Shown: in pieces, positions 21,301 to 30,417 of the stretch
How positions within the stretch are numbered: position 1 is the first letter of the stretch
How the letters are laid out: each line of letters opens with the position of its first letter
DNA from: a virus
Length of the DNA stretch: 64,000 nucleotides
IMG/VR virus record: IMGVR_UViG_3300033146_005439
Location: 32,001 to 96,000 of that record
Strand: one strand, 5' to 3'
Notes under the pieces: model-generated
The model's input: only the letters and a program-made list of their open reading frames with translations
Database searches by the model: none
Told to the model about the DNA's origin: nothing
Program-made: the position numbers and the translations under genes

Positions 21301-23733
21301 AATATGCCAATCATATGTAGCTGACCAAAAATATTTAATTTCTACAGAACTACAATAAGGCTGTTTAACCCAACTAACAATATCTGTCTTAATTTGTCCT
21401 TTAATATAACCAGTTAAAGTACTTTTAAAAGGCACTGATAAAATAATAGGAGCTCTTTCTAAATTAGAAAATATGAATTTAGTACCTTGCCACTCCACTT
21501 CTTGATTAATTTTTTTTACAGCATCTCTATTAGGTTTAGGAGGTTTATTCAAAGGATAAAAAGTTATAAAAGCATCATCTATTTCTTCATAAGAAGCATA
21601 AGGTTTTGTGTTTAACTGATCTGTATCACTATATTTTTCATATATAATAACTTTTTTTATAAATATATTAGCTTTATATAAAGTTGTAAAAGAAGCATAA
21701 TCTTTAGGAGCAATAACTATAGCATTATTTTCCATAGAAGTTAAACCTACATATTTAGTCATGTAATCTATAGTTTTTTCCTCGCCAAATAAAGTTACAC
21801 CTACTAAACTTAAACCTTCTAATTCTAAAGGTCTAATTAAACTATGTAATAACTTAAATTCATCTGGTATATTTAATAAGATTAAACCACTATTACCTAA
21901 AAAATTTAAAGCATTAGTAGCAATACTTATATTTTTATATACAGTTATTTTATACAAATTATAACCTAAAGTATATGACTCTACTGAAGGTGTATAAGTA
22001 GGTGGTTTTTCATTATGATAACAAGTATCTAAGTACCATCCTATAGGTTGAGCTTGTAAACCATCACCACAAACAGATAAAAAATTTACTTCTGCTTTTA
22101 CTGAAAGTGTTTTTAAATGAAATCTTAAATCAAAATAAGGTAAATATGAATATTGATTATGTGAATTATAACAAGTAAAAGAAGTTTGAGCTAATAAAGC
22201 ACCACAAAAAAGTTTCGTTATTTTTATACTATCATACTCAAAGTAAGTATCATTATAAGAAATAACTACTATAATATTTTCCCCAAAACGCGTTTCTACA
22301 TCTATATCAAAATAAGAAGCCCAAATATCTTTATTTAAATTATTAAATACTTTGTCTGAATAAAAAAAAGTTAATAAAAATAAAAATTTTTGTAGTTTAT
22401 TAAAAACATTATCATAATAAAGTCTAGCTTCCTCTGTATCAGGTAAATCTTTTTTTAAAAAAAATAAAGAACTATAATCTACTAATTCTGCAGGATAACC
22501 TATATCTAGTAAACTTAAATTAATAGCTACTACTTTAGTATTTATCTTAGGATTATCACCTAATAATTTTATATACTTATCTTTTTCTCTAGATACTTCA
22601 AAAATATAATCAAACTCTTGAGAGGAAGAAGTCTTATTATAAAAAGTAGAATAAATAATAGGTAAACAAGGAGACTCTTCTAATTCAGTAATTAATGTAG
22701 GATAATCTGCAACTATACCATCTGAAGCATTGCCTTTTGTTAATAAAGTACTCTCGTTTTCTAATTTAAAAGTATCAAAATTAGAAATATATACTCTAAA
22801 AGAATCAATTTTAAAATCTACTATTTCATTATTTAAATAAATTACATCTGGCCTATCACCCCCAAAAGTAAAAATCTCAGGATTAATAAAATAAGTATAA
22901 AAAAAATCAGAAGTCCACCTATTACGTAAAGAATTATATCTTACCTCAAAAATACTATAAGCATTAACTTTTTCCCCAGACTGTAATTTTATATCAGATA
23001 AAGCAGTAAAATCATTATTAGCACAAACAACATAACCATTATAATACTTACACTCCGCTTTAGCGCCGTTACAAGGGTAAATAATAAAATCTTCCTCTTC
23101 TGAAGTATCTATATTTAAAGTTTTAAATTTTTGAGTATATTCAGAATCTGAATGTGTGCATTTAAATTCTGGAAAAATAATAGTATAAAAACCACAATCT
23201 GTAAGTTGATTTTTATCTAATTTATAAAAATAATCTTCATTTCTCCACCAATAACATCTACCAAAAGATACTCTATTATTTAATAAAGCATAATTTATAG
23301 GTAGATGATCACAAACACCAGAATAAGTGGTAAAACCTAAAATAGAAGGTGTATAACAAGAACAATTTAAAGATGTACCATCTGATATAGCATCTGTATC
23401 TGGATTATGAAACACACAATGGTCTTTATTATAACTACTAATAATAGAATAATCTATAGTAGTATCACTTATAGTAACTCTACAACAATCTCTTATGGCA
23501 TCTAACTGATATAAACTAGGTAAAATACAACAAGGTTCTACTTTATTTAGACGAGGTTTATATTTAGTACACCTAAACTCATTACCTATTAAATTACATC
23601 TAGGATAAAAACTAGGTAAATTACCTTGTGTATAATCTACAAAAGTACAAGTAGTATCTTCAAAATTCCAATAAATACAAGTACTAGAAGCATAAATATC
23701 CCAATACTTACAAGGGACCCCAAAATCTTCCAT
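18358..23733 (-). CDS. large hypothetical (probably structural) protein with Cys-rich N-terminus
   Basis: 1791-aa ORF; many Cys in the first ~240 aa (CKYW, CIYW, CYWW, PCNGAKAECKYY); acidic C-terminus. Confidence 0.55.
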   Translation of the reverse strand: MEDFGVPCKYWDIYASSTCIYWNFEDTTCTFVDYTQGNLPSFYPRCNLIGNEFRCTKYKPRLNKVEPCCILPSLYQLDAIRDCCRVTISDTTIDYSIISSYNKDHCVFHNPDTDAISDGTSLNCSCYTPSILGFTTYSGVCDHLPINYALLNNRVSFGRCYWWRNEDYFYKLDKNQLTDCGFYTIIFPEFKCTHSDSEYTQKFKTLNIDTSEEEDFIIYPCNGAKAECKYYNGYVVCANNDFTALSDIKLQSGEKVNAYSIFEVRYNSLRNRWTSDFFYTYFINPEIFTFGGDRPDVIYLNNEIVDFKIDSFRVYISNFDTFKLENESTLLTKGNASDGIVADYPTLITELEESPCLPIIYSTFYNKTSSSQEFDYIFEVSREKDKYIKLLGDNPKINTKVVAINLSLLDIGYPAELVDYSSLFFLKKDLPDTEEARLYYDNVFNKLQKFLFLLTFFYSDKVFNNLNKDIWASYFDIDVETRFGENIIVVISYNDTYFEYDSIKITKLFCGALLAQTSFTCYNSHNQYSYLPYFDLRFHLKTLSVKAEVNFLSVCGDGLQAQPIGWYLDTCYHNEKPPTYTPSVESYTLGYNLYKITVYKNISIATNALNFLGNSGLILLNIPDEFKLLHSLIRPLELEGLSLVGVTLFGEEKTIDYMTKYVGLTSMENNAIVIAPKDYASFTTLYKANIFIKKVIIYEKYSDTDQLNTKPYASYEEIDDAFITFYPLNKPPKPNRDAVKKINQEVEWQGTKFIFSNLERAPIILSVPFKSTLTGYIKGQIKTDIVSWVKQPYCSSVEIKYFWSATYDWHIIKPNGYCNVVQASKIYYRTDIQGSAPPCGDHTYYPPPSCHIDYWMWYPYVSCKDFAKYEQTSLAIQGGGDLGVMELWECTAEDYEDDETEPGQVPKKCYDHWEHNRFDMRMLGPEDNLGRVLFTHLSFNDCSCDYTFINGTRTSDAWFSGTARMVTHLEGENLYNMQQCSSENMPPFGDTYRDQLISFRSEGNFNYYYNQTIGDTIFSFLGDKWMPVPQNYALTSLDFAAEDYQYKKYFNEDNISSYINQLGILLGTNVDSHNLDEVFVEESLRYNDVFYDHHTIAGITYPQSVPEYNKKTLEGLKRVNGYVTYKPLNVASPNAALPHESIMHAWRQEWKSLEVIIEQDRTELFEESFLNDTLDELIYDYLPFLDINYPEYGYDYRLREGRRVPTEGLHTISFRIGVLENEEEQTKLYYYAFYLDEGPALLYDSDFNIVEDPSDVPDGIVFSDITNIEEDIHYYKLCSGIDWLNGVYTLSMPNNIAEYKAGRVLYEKKESKDSTEELEELARKERRTIGYFNNMGEEKEYFFNRGLAIHIKRDLLDTGIPKQVFVIDDYLVNLNLPTDDPESMFSSMDNLIDIPGSIPLDLLYKQASLLTSLTILITFKLPKLIEYLNLSFNYGKFTDALGFDKWFAIPNIRLYFGINGQDVEKEYIMQTFSEDTLDFTIKDFQLRHKLTFEEAKYGISYVKLVLSIDPIYIRNLNNYYEENNKSNYLGEFIHLIGFSLRESIYMDVDVKLNTYERLFKVSKGSCGNFPVQGTDIYRTLHRHPEEISTLVQVDTRYGISGAALVTKHKLKTISKFYSRSLSEIKDEFVIVEGDYLELENKQKELYDKTSQLISGIIVYDSCLKDVLGNFFKRVGVTRVPEWSFTLRNNDTGTLIPVEAKSLFYPGGHLWEWYVFPPYETIVCGEGTIEYRYVRANQSGEFYNTAGILTRYYNIFKNQYIVKDPDYFGADHYYIAHNKYEEEQPTEEEDEE

Positions 23734-23744
23734 TAAATAAACCC

Positions 23745-25307
23745 TTAAGAATAATCAAAAAATAATCTATAAATTACTTGAGAAGCACCTGTTTCTGAAG
23801 CACCTAACTTTATACCAAACCATATAGGATCAGAAATTAAAGAGGTATTACCTACTAACTCTGAATCATCTGCATTAGTTACTTCACTTAAATTAGCTTT
23901 TGTTGCATGTAAATAAGCCGGAGGTATATCAGAATCAATATCTGTTGGTTGTATATTAGGATAAAATTCAATACCATCTTCGTTACCTGAACCTGCCGGC
24001 TGTCCTGGACCAGCAGTACCAAAATGCATTAAGGTATCCATATTACCGGCATCATGATGTAAAAAAGAACCATGACTATGTAAACCAAAACGAACACTAC
24101 TTAAAATACAAGCACCACTTAATACTTCAAAGCCCACACATTTAACATCGGATTCTGTAGATACAGTAACATTTCCAAAATTAATGCTATCTATATCGTA
24201 ATATTGAGGTAAAGGCCCATGACAAGTAACTTTAAAAGTATCACCCGCCCTCAATTTATCTGAAGAACCATTTGATTTAAAAGTAATATTAACTCCTCTA
24301 GATCCTAAAGACATACTTACACCAGAAGCTGAAGTTAACGCAGCTCCTGCCATATCACCACGTGTAGAAGAATATGCAAAATAAGCTTGACCAGGTAAAG
24401 CATCTAAATTAGTTCCTTCAGCATAATCAGGTTTATAACAATCAATTGTCCAACTTCCAGTATCAAACACTGCATCAGAAAATTTAACCATTAAACCTAA
24501 AGTACCTACATTATACCAATAATCCGGGTATAATAACTCTGTAGCTGAAGTTGAGGAATCACTTACAGGAGAAGAACTCCAAGACATCTTTGGAACATTC
24601 CCCGTACCAGCACCCATCGTAGTACCATTAGTAGTATCTATACTCAAAGTATAAGTAGTATCAGCACTTCCATTATATATACCACCAGTAGTTAATACAC
24701 CATCATAATTTATATTAGATACTGGGTCACCTATACCACGTGAATAGCCTGAATTATCATTTGTTATTACAATAGTATAAATTTCAGGCAAAAAACCTTT
24801 ATACACGCCAGATACATCTAAATAACCTTGATAATTATTATTACTAGCAGCACCCCCAACTTCATCACGAGTATCAAAACCCAAAACTTGATAAGCATTA
24901 TGATCACCTGAAGTACTTATGGCCACAGATGAAGATAAACCTAAACTACCAGAATATATTTTAAAACTATTACCAATACTTTTATTATTTTCCCATAAAC
25001 ATAAAGATTTATCCCAAGTGTCATCATTTTTACCTAAACTTCTTAATTTATTAGTAATATCTTGAGCTATCATACGTGGATCTAAATCTATACCAGAAGT
25101 TAAAGTTATGTAAGGTCCTGAAGAACCATCTAATTGTAAATATAATCTATTTGTTGTAGGCCCTATATTAATTGTATCTCCTATATTACTAAGAGCTGTA
25201 GCTGTTCCTGATGTACCTTTACAGCCTGCACCTCTACCATCACTTATAGTACCACCCAGAGTTACATCATATTGTACCCACCTTGTTTCAGCTGCACACA
25301 TACACAC
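23745..25307 (-). CDS. Gly/Ser/Thr-rich virion structural protein
   Basis: G/S/T/D-rich beta protein. The AGGAGG RBS at 25310-25315 favours the ATG at 25301 as start. Shares a module with the 327-aa and 2277-aa proteins. Confidence 0.6.
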   Translation of the reverse strand: MCMCAAETRWVQYDVTLGGTISDGRGAGCKGTSGTATALSNIGDTINIGPTTNRLYLQLDGSSGPYITLTSGIDLDPRMIAQDITNKLRSLGKNDDTWDKSLCLWENNKSIGNSFKIYSGSLGLSSSVAISTSGDHNAYQVLGFDTRDEVGGAASNNNYQGYLDVSGVYKGFLPEIYTIVITNDNSGYSRGIGDPVSNINYDGVLTTGGIYNGSADTTYTLSIDTTNGTTMGAGTGNVPKMSWSSSPVSDSSTSATELLYPDYWYNVGTLGLMVKFSDAVFDTGSWTIDCYKPDYAEGTNLDALPGQAYFAYSSTRGDMAGAALTSASGVSMSLGSRGVNITFKSNGSSDKLRAGDTFKVTCHGPLPQYYDIDSINFGNVTVSTESDVKCVGFEVLSGACILSSVRFGLHSHGSFLHHDAGNMDTLMHFGTAGPGQPAGSGNEDGIEFYPNIQPTDIDSDIPPAYLHATKANLSEVTNADDSELVGNTSLISDPIWFGIKLGASETGASQVIYRLFFDYS

Positions 25308-25322
25308 AACCTCCTTATAAAA

Positions 25323-25973
25323 TTATTTTTTTTGTTCTATAGTAAAAATATACTTAACTGTAGGCATATAATTATTATTCATATCTCTTACTCCAGAAAT
25401 AGTTACAGTATAAGTTCTTCCATACATAAAATACATACTTTGAGGTGTTATACTACAAATTAAATCTTTATATGCAGAACCTGCAGCAGATATTGTAGCT
25501 TTTAAATACTTATGTCTAAAATTATAGGTTCTAAATGATGCTGAAAAAAAAGAGGACTCTTTAAAAGTAACATCATTAACCATATTAATACCAAAAGTAA
25601 GCACGTAATCAGTAGGAAAATATTTAACTTTATTATAAATAACTTTATAACCAAAAGTTAAAATATACTCTTTTTCAATACTATCTACACCATTAGTAGC
25701 TACTGCTCTAACTACACAAGATTTTTTAGGATAAAACTTATACTTTATATTATATCCTCCTAAAATAGGTGTATATATACCAGATAAAGTTATAATACCA
25801 CTTGTAGTAGGTAAAAAACAATGAGTTACCTTAGAATTATCTATATAAAGATATGTTCCTGAACAAGTGACACTATTACTATAATCTACAAGATCTACAC
25901 TTAAAGATAACCCTTTATCAATATTTACTATTTCATCTTTTGCTATATTAAAATTCTTAATTTCTATACTCAT
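25323..25973 (-). CDS. structural protein with a C-terminal Ig-like element
   Basis: C-terminal YTVTISGVRDMNNN...YIFT resembles the end of Big_5/SbsA-type Ig domains. Confidence 0.5.
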   Translation of the reverse strand: MSIEIKNFNIAKDEIVNIDKGLSLSVDLVDYSNSVTCSGTYLYIDNSKVTHCFLPTTSGIITLSGIYTPILGGYNIKYKFYPKKSCVVRAVATNGVDSIEKEYILTFGYKVIYNKVKYFPTDYVLTFGINMVNDVTFKESSFFSASFRTYNFRHKYLKATISAAGSAYKDLICSITPQSMYFMYGRTYTVTISGVRDMNNNYMPTVKYIFTIEQKK

Positions 25974-26004
25974 AATATACCTACTTATTAAAAGGTTAGA
26001 TTAA

Positions 26005-28584
26005 TCAACTTAAACGTTTCATTATAGGTCTAAATTCGACATCAACTTTAGTGTTATCTAAAACAAAAATACATTGGTCTGGATCTATACCATCATATTT
26101 TGAAAAAATATTAAAAGTCAAATAAGTTAATCTTGTAGGAATAACATCAGCACAAATAGGTAGTAATATAGAATCGGTATCTAAAATTGGTTGTTCTGAA
26201 ATTTTTGTATAAAAAACCCAACTTTTCTTCAATTTATTACCTTTAACAGAATTATCAAAAACTTCTACATAAACAGATACTTTATCTGAAAAATTATAAC
26301 TATGTAAATCACTATAAATAGTATAACCACCAGAAATAGTAGTATAACTATAGTTACTAAACCTATTGTTAATCTTTAAAATTAAAGTATCTAAATTAAT
26401 ACCTGTTCCTTTATCTATAATATCAAAAGTTATACTGTTTTCAATTAAAGCATAGGTACTATTAGGTAAAGGTTCTATATTACATATATATGGCAATATA
26501 TAATCTTCTATCAAACTAAACCAATAATCTAACCTAAATAAATTAGGCTCAGGTGCAGTATCATACACTTCTAAATAAACATACACTAAAGCATTATAGT
26601 GGTACTTATTAGGATTTTTAAAAGAAATCTCTAAACCTTTTAAACCTACACCAACATTAAATTCAGTCACTTTAAAAAAAGAAGATTCTTCTAATAAAAT
26701 ATAACCTGTGTCACCAATATAAGAAACTTCTCTTACTTTAAAAATTAAAGAAGTTTTATCTAAACTATAACCATAAGGACTTAGTCGTAACCATATTTCA
26801 GAATTAAGTGCATTACCATCAGAATAAGGTACAGGCTTAATAGCTTGTATAAAACTAAACTGTGCTATTGTAGAAGTTACTTCATTTGACCCTATAGGTA
26901 AATGCCTACTTAAATAGTTATAAAAAAGAGAAGTATCATCACTAAACTCACTTAAAAAATTTATAGGGCTGGTATGTACTGAATCACTTAACATAGTACA
27001 AAAAATAGCACTGCTTTTTTCAGTTAATTGTAAACAAAATACATTTGATTTAAATAAATAATCTAAATAAAGAAGATTTAAATAAGAAATATACTCTTTA
27101 TAGTAATTAACTTTAAAATAACCAAAAAAATCTAAAGGTTTAAATGTAATAATCTCATAACCATGCGGAGAACTTTCAGCACCTGCTATAAAACTAGGTT
27201 GTAATTTAATAGAAAAAGTACCTTTAACTAAATCTGTACCTAAATTAATATTACCACCATCAGTTGAAGCATAAAAAGTAACAACTTGATCATAAATCAC
27301 ATCTTTAGTGGTATCATACCAACCACTGGTATAATTTATAAGGCACCAACCATCTATATCTGTTAAAACCTTACCATCAGGATCAGAAAAGGTACCACCT
27401 TGATCTCCTGTTCTTGAAAAAGTTACTTCTTTATTAGAAACACCTACATTATATTGATCTAAAACCAGAGCTTTTAAAGTAATTGTAGTATTATTACACA
27501 TAAAACTCGGACCATCCACATAAAGGGTGATGGTATTAACATATGGTAACATAGTATCACTTATAATATTATAATAAGACCAAGGCTTAATACCTAAAGA
27601 ACCGTCTATTTCACTTCTAGCCATATAGTACTTTTGTAATCTTACTACTTCATCTTTATACAAAGCTATATCATCAATAACTAAATAATTACCATAAGCA
27701 TCCACAGTATTCAAAATATAAGATCTTTGTACCTCTTTTTTAATTAAATCATAATACAATAATTGACTTTTTTTTACTATACATAAAAAACTTATATAGT
27801 AAGAACTAAAACTTAAAGCCTCCACATCTTTAAATAAACCTGACTTAAAAAAGGTAAGCACAGCACCAGAAGATTTATCTAATTTATATAAAATACCTTT
27901 ATCTTTATTTAACTCATTATATTCTGCACTTTGTAAATATAAATCATTAAAAATAACAACAGAATCATTTATATTATAATAATTAAAAGGAGCTTGCTTA
28001 TTTTTTAAATATACTAAAGTACCTGAAACAGAAGAAACTTCTACTTTTTCCAAAGCATTTAAATTATTAACATTAGAACTTAAACCTAAGTATAAATAAC
28101 TAGTAGAAGTTATATTAGAAGTATCCGCTATATTTATATAACCTGTACCAGAAACTGTAGAACTACTTAAATGTGTATAATATACTTCAGGTGTAAAAGA
28201 TTGAGTATTAAAAATATAAGAAGAATCACTATAAGATTTAACTAATGAATAATACTTTACTAAAGTACTAGTACTAACTTCTAGTTGCCAAAAAGTCACT
28301 TCTGTATAATAACCAGAAATTGTAGTATAAAGATACTGACTAGTAAGAAACAACATATTATCGACATATACAGTAGTATCTCTAGGCCCAATGTAGTCTA
28401 ACGATATAAAAGTAGTATGTTGTTTAAAATTAGTATTAAAAGAAAAACTATCAATTAAAGTACCACTAGTATTTTTTATATATAAAAAAGAATCTATATT
28501 AGACGTATCAATACTACCATAAGTTCCTAAAATAGGCGTAATACAAAAATTAGAATTATTAAACCTAACATTCTCTTGTACCAT
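26005..28584 (-). CDS. structural protein with Big_1-like and further Ig-like domains; paralog of the next two genes
   Basis: LKALVLDQYNVGVSNKEVTF...TDIDG (Big_1-like); N-terminal half aligns by eye with the 606-aa and 618-aa proteins. Confidence 0.6.
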   Translation of the reverse strand: MVQENVRFNNSNFCITPILGTYGSIDTSNIDSFLYIKNTSGTLIDSFSFNTNFKQHTTFISLDYIGPRDTTVYVDNMLFLTSQYLYTTISGYYTEVTFWQLEVSTSTLVKYYSLVKSYSDSSYIFNTQSFTPEVYYTHLSSSTVSGTGYINIADTSNITSTSYLYLGLSSNVNNLNALEKVEVSSVSGTLVYLKNKQAPFNYYNINDSVVIFNDLYLQSAEYNELNKDKGILYKLDKSSGAVLTFFKSGLFKDVEALSFSSYYISFLCIVKKSQLLYYDLIKKEVQRSYILNTVDAYGNYLVIDDIALYKDEVVRLQKYYMARSEIDGSLGIKPWSYYNIISDTMLPYVNTITLYVDGPSFMCNNTTITLKALVLDQYNVGVSNKEVTFSRTGDQGGTFSDPDGKVLTDIDGWCLINYTSGWYDTTKDVIYDQVVTFYASTDGGNINLGTDLVKGTFSIKLQPSFIAGAESSPHGYEIITFKPLDFFGYFKVNYYKEYISYLNLLYLDYLFKSNVFCLQLTEKSSAIFCTMLSDSVHTSPINFLSEFSDDTSLFYNYLSRHLPIGSNEVTSTIAQFSFIQAIKPVPYSDGNALNSEIWLRLSPYGYSLDKTSLIFKVREVSYIGDTGYILLEESSFFKVTEFNVGVGLKGLEISFKNPNKYHYNALVYVYLEVYDTAPEPNLFRLDYWFSLIEDYILPYICNIEPLPNSTYALIENSITFDIIDKGTGINLDTLILKINNRFSNYSYTTISGGYTIYSDLHSYNFSDKVSVYVEVFDNSVKGNKLKKSWVFYTKISEQPILDTDSILLPICADVIPTRLTYLTFNIFSKYDGIDPDQCIFVLDNTKVDVEFRPIMKRLS

Positions 28585-28588
28585 TTAA

Positions 28589-30409
28589 TTATACCACCTT
28601 AGCCTTAATTAATACTATCCTATCTTCGATACCAGAAGTATAAGCAGTTTGTGCTTTTCCAGAATAATCAAAATAACTTGTAAATACTACAGAACTAGTA
28701 ACATACCCTATGGTATCATCATCGGATACTAAAACTTTCTGACCTATCATACCATCTGTATATTGATCCTTTATTACTATATCTATAGTAGAATAATTAT
28801 GAGTAGTAGCAGGAAGAACAGTAGGATACACATGCATAGATATAAAATCCTGATAAGGTCGTAAAGGAGTTATTTGATAATTAAAATATTTTCCAAAGTC
28901 ATAAGTTGTCCCATAAAAAGTAGCTTTATTTTGTAATCTATATATGTTATCATCAAAAACAGCTAAAGCTTTTACAGGTATTATAGTGTTTCCTATAGTC
29001 TCTAAATTGTCTAAAGTAATACTACCATAATAATTAACGTTATCTAAATTTTTTGTTACTACTCCTGAAATAGCTGTAACATAATCTATATATGTAGCAT
29101 TAATAGAACATACATTAGCTTCCACCAATAACTCCATAGATAAAGCATAATCATTTAAAGAAATCTCAATAAAATTAGAATCTTCTAAAGAAGTAACTTT
29201 CAAAAAAGCATTATTTTGAAAACGTTCAATATTAAAAACATATGACACACCTGATAAAGAACTAAAATAATATATTTGATCATCTATTAAAGTATAAGGT
29301 CTTCCTCCTACAGAATAAGTATCTTCATTTATTATATAACCAAATTCATAATTCTTATGTTCATACACTTCAGAAAGTTTTATACAAAACTTATAAAAAG
29401 AAATTCCAGAACAATTAACATAATTAGGTGTTGAAACTTTAACTTCGAAATTAATGTTTTCTAATAAGTAATAATTAGACCTTAAAGAACTTAAACCTGT
29501 AATAGGTGTTTGTAATATTAAATTAGAACCATCCATATAATAAGATCCTGAAACTAAGGACCATTTATCTAAATCTAAAGTTAAAGCATTAAAATTATCA
29601 GAAAAAGTTGTAGCAGCAGAGTAACCTAATAAATAATCCATTGATAATAAATTTAAAATATTACCTTTTACATATAAAGTTGTATGAATATCTTTATAAA
29701 AATTTAATTTGTCCACTATATGAGTAAACATAGCAGCACTTACATTCTTATATTGATCAGAAACACTAGTTAAAAGCAAAGAACCATTCATACTAGAATA
29801 TCTAGATAAAGTACCATTATTATAATTACTAAATATAAAAAAACTACTTATAATAACAACAGAATCACCTTTTTTATAATTATAACTTAAAGTATTATCA
29901 AAAAATAAAGTGTCATCGACTACTTTAACAACACATAAAGTATCAAAAAAGCCTTCCTTATTAAAACCTAATATCACAAAATTATTTGTAAAAATACACT
30001 TATCAAAATAAGCATCTACTTTTATAAAATTATCTGATATAAAACAGTCTTCCGATAAAGTAGTTACATAACTTTCTACAAAAAAAGCTGAAGAATCTTC
30101 TACAAAAGGTTGATCTATTAAAAAAAATTTATCCAGACTAACTATTCCTTGATTTCTATATAAATGTAATCTTATAACATAAAAATAAGTAGTTTGTTTT
30201 TCCTTAACTAAACACCAAAAACCTATACCATCATATACTAAATGATATAAGTCATATAAATATAAATTAAAATCAATAGTAAAAGTATAAACTTTCTTAC
30301 CATTCGAAGTTATAGCATATAATAAACAGGCCTTATTATCAATATAATAAAAATATATTCCATCAAAAGCCATATGAGAATAGGGGACATTTAAATTAGA
30401 AAAATCCAT
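28589..30409 (-). CDS. structural protein, paralog of 30418-32274
   Basis: YDGIGFWCL, FFVESYVTTLS, QYKNVSAAMF and C-terminal IKDQY...GQKV match the neighbouring gene. Confidence 0.6.
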   Translation of the reverse strand: MDFSNLNVPYSHMAFDGIYFYYIDNKACLLYAITSNGKKVYTFTIDFNLYLYDLYHLVYDGIGFWCLVKEKQTTYFYVIRLHLYRNQGIVSLDKFFLIDQPFVEDSSAFFVESYVTTLSEDCFISDNFIKVDAYFDKCIFTNNFVILGFNKEGFFDTLCVVKVVDDTLFFDNTLSYNYKKGDSVVIISSFFIFSNYNNGTLSRYSSMNGSLLLTSVSDQYKNVSAAMFTHIVDKLNFYKDIHTTLYVKGNILNLLSMDYLLGYSAATTFSDNFNALTLDLDKWSLVSGSYYMDGSNLILQTPITGLSSLRSNYYLLENINFEVKVSTPNYVNCSGISFYKFCIKLSEVYEHKNYEFGYIINEDTYSVGGRPYTLIDDQIYYFSSLSGVSYVFNIERFQNNAFLKVTSLEDSNFIEISLNDYALSMELLVEANVCSINATYIDYVTAISGVVTKNLDNVNYYGSITLDNLETIGNTIIPVKALAVFDDNIYRLQNKATFYGTTYDFGKYFNYQITPLRPYQDFISMHVYPTVLPATTHNYSTIDIVIKDQYTDGMIGQKVLVSDDDTIGYVTSSVVFTSYFDYSGKAQTAYTSGIEDRIVLIKAKVV

Positions 30410-30417
30410 TAAAACTA

